55,931 nt of DNA, taken from positions 1 through 55,931 of IMG/VR virus record IMGVR_UViG_3300042305_001857; one strand, 5' to 3'. Origin of the DNA: a virus. Taxonomy: Duplodnaviria > Caudoviricetes. Every line of letters begins with the position of its first letter. Within the stretch, counting starts at the first letter, position 1. Made by a program: the position numbers and the translations under genes. The notes beneath the pieces are model-generated. The model was not told where the DNA came from. It saw only the letters and a list, made by a program, of their open reading frames with translations, and ran no database searches. Of this stretch, positions 55,591 through 55,931 are shown piece after piece.

Positions 55591-55931
55591 ATGTCACTCA
55601 CTATTGAACAAACCGATGCTGCTATTCTCGCAACCTTTCATTCAATGGAAGAAGGCGTTGATTATGTCTTGAACGATTTTTGGTTTGCTGAAATGAACCA
55701 TGTTCGTAAAGAATATATTTATTCTATCCTCAAAGACAAGAAGAAACATCTCCTTTCCAGAAAGGGTGAAAAGTTGTTTGTGAATGGTAATGAGATTTTT
55801 GATTTCAAGGATAAAACAAACCTCGCCCTCGCCTTCGCCTTCACCTTCGCCCTCGCCTTCGCTGCGACCTTCGCCTTCGCCCTCGCCCTACAATATAACG
55901 GTATTGAAAAGTTGAATAACGACACCTGTGA
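55591..55931 (+). CDS. 3'-truncated hypothetical protein containing the hexamer repeat read as LALAFAFTFALAFAATFAFALAL
   Basis: SD AGGAG + ATG 55591; frame open to the window end. Confidence 0.65.
   Translation, partial: MSLTIEQTDAAILATFHSMEEGVDYVLNDFWFAEMNHVRKEYIYSILKDKKKHLLSRKGEKLFVNGNEIFDFKDKTNLALAFAFTFALAFAATFAFALALQYNGIEKLNNDTC
55821..55889. repeat. C(C/T)TC(G/A)C hexamer tandem repeat, copy 3
   Basis: CCTCGCCCTCGCCTTCGCCTTCACCTTCGCCCTCGCCTTCGC...CCTTCGCCTTCGCCCTCGCCCT. Confidence 0.9.

Noticed and set aside
86-55925. Other minus-strand ORFs in the track (e.g. 5422, 26119, 37847, 44623, 27000, 55719)
   Set aside because: They overlap better-supported + strand genes, lack recognisable motifs, or simply translate the hexamer repeat.
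2-55931. Stop-codon reassignment
   Set aside because: Conserved genes are intact in code 11 and end in TAA, TGA or TAG. The breaks at 7077 and 27900 need a frame change, not read-through.

Overview
A 56-kb, AT-rich segment of a large dsDNA bacteriophage genome, with essentially all genes on the + strand and standard genetic code 11. It holds the replication and nucleotide-metabolism region: a minimal family-A polymerase, a degenerate tubulin/FtsZ-like protein, gp32-like SSB, RecA/UvsX, 5'-3' exonuclease, DnaB-like helicase, NrdA/NrdB, ThyX, DnaE, dUTPase, IMPDH/GMPR and PurA. It also has proteostasis genes (GroEL, GroES-like, ClpP, sHsp, glutaredoxin), two lysins, a dense field of small accessory ORFs and two tRNAs. 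The most notable items are: (1) two 'fractured' genes, dnaE and IMPDH, each cut by a naturally split intein with a free-standing homing endonuclease between the halves; (2) all three homing endonuclease genes have their start or SD buried in a hairpin next to a recurring ACTATTTA-like motif; (3) dnaE also needs a +1 recoding event near its 5' end to join its PHP motif, and a deaminase gene shows a similar +1 break; (4) strong apparent avoidance of TTAA and AATT in core genes, relaxed in recently acquired DNA, together with a tRNA-Ile(UAU); (5) a family of small MKYxVGD genes with shared junctions and a GC-rich C(C/T)TC(G/A)C hexamer repeat found at three loci. A MopE-repeat vWA lipoprotein hints at a Myxococcota-like host. 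All calls come from reading motifs by eye; no database searches were run.
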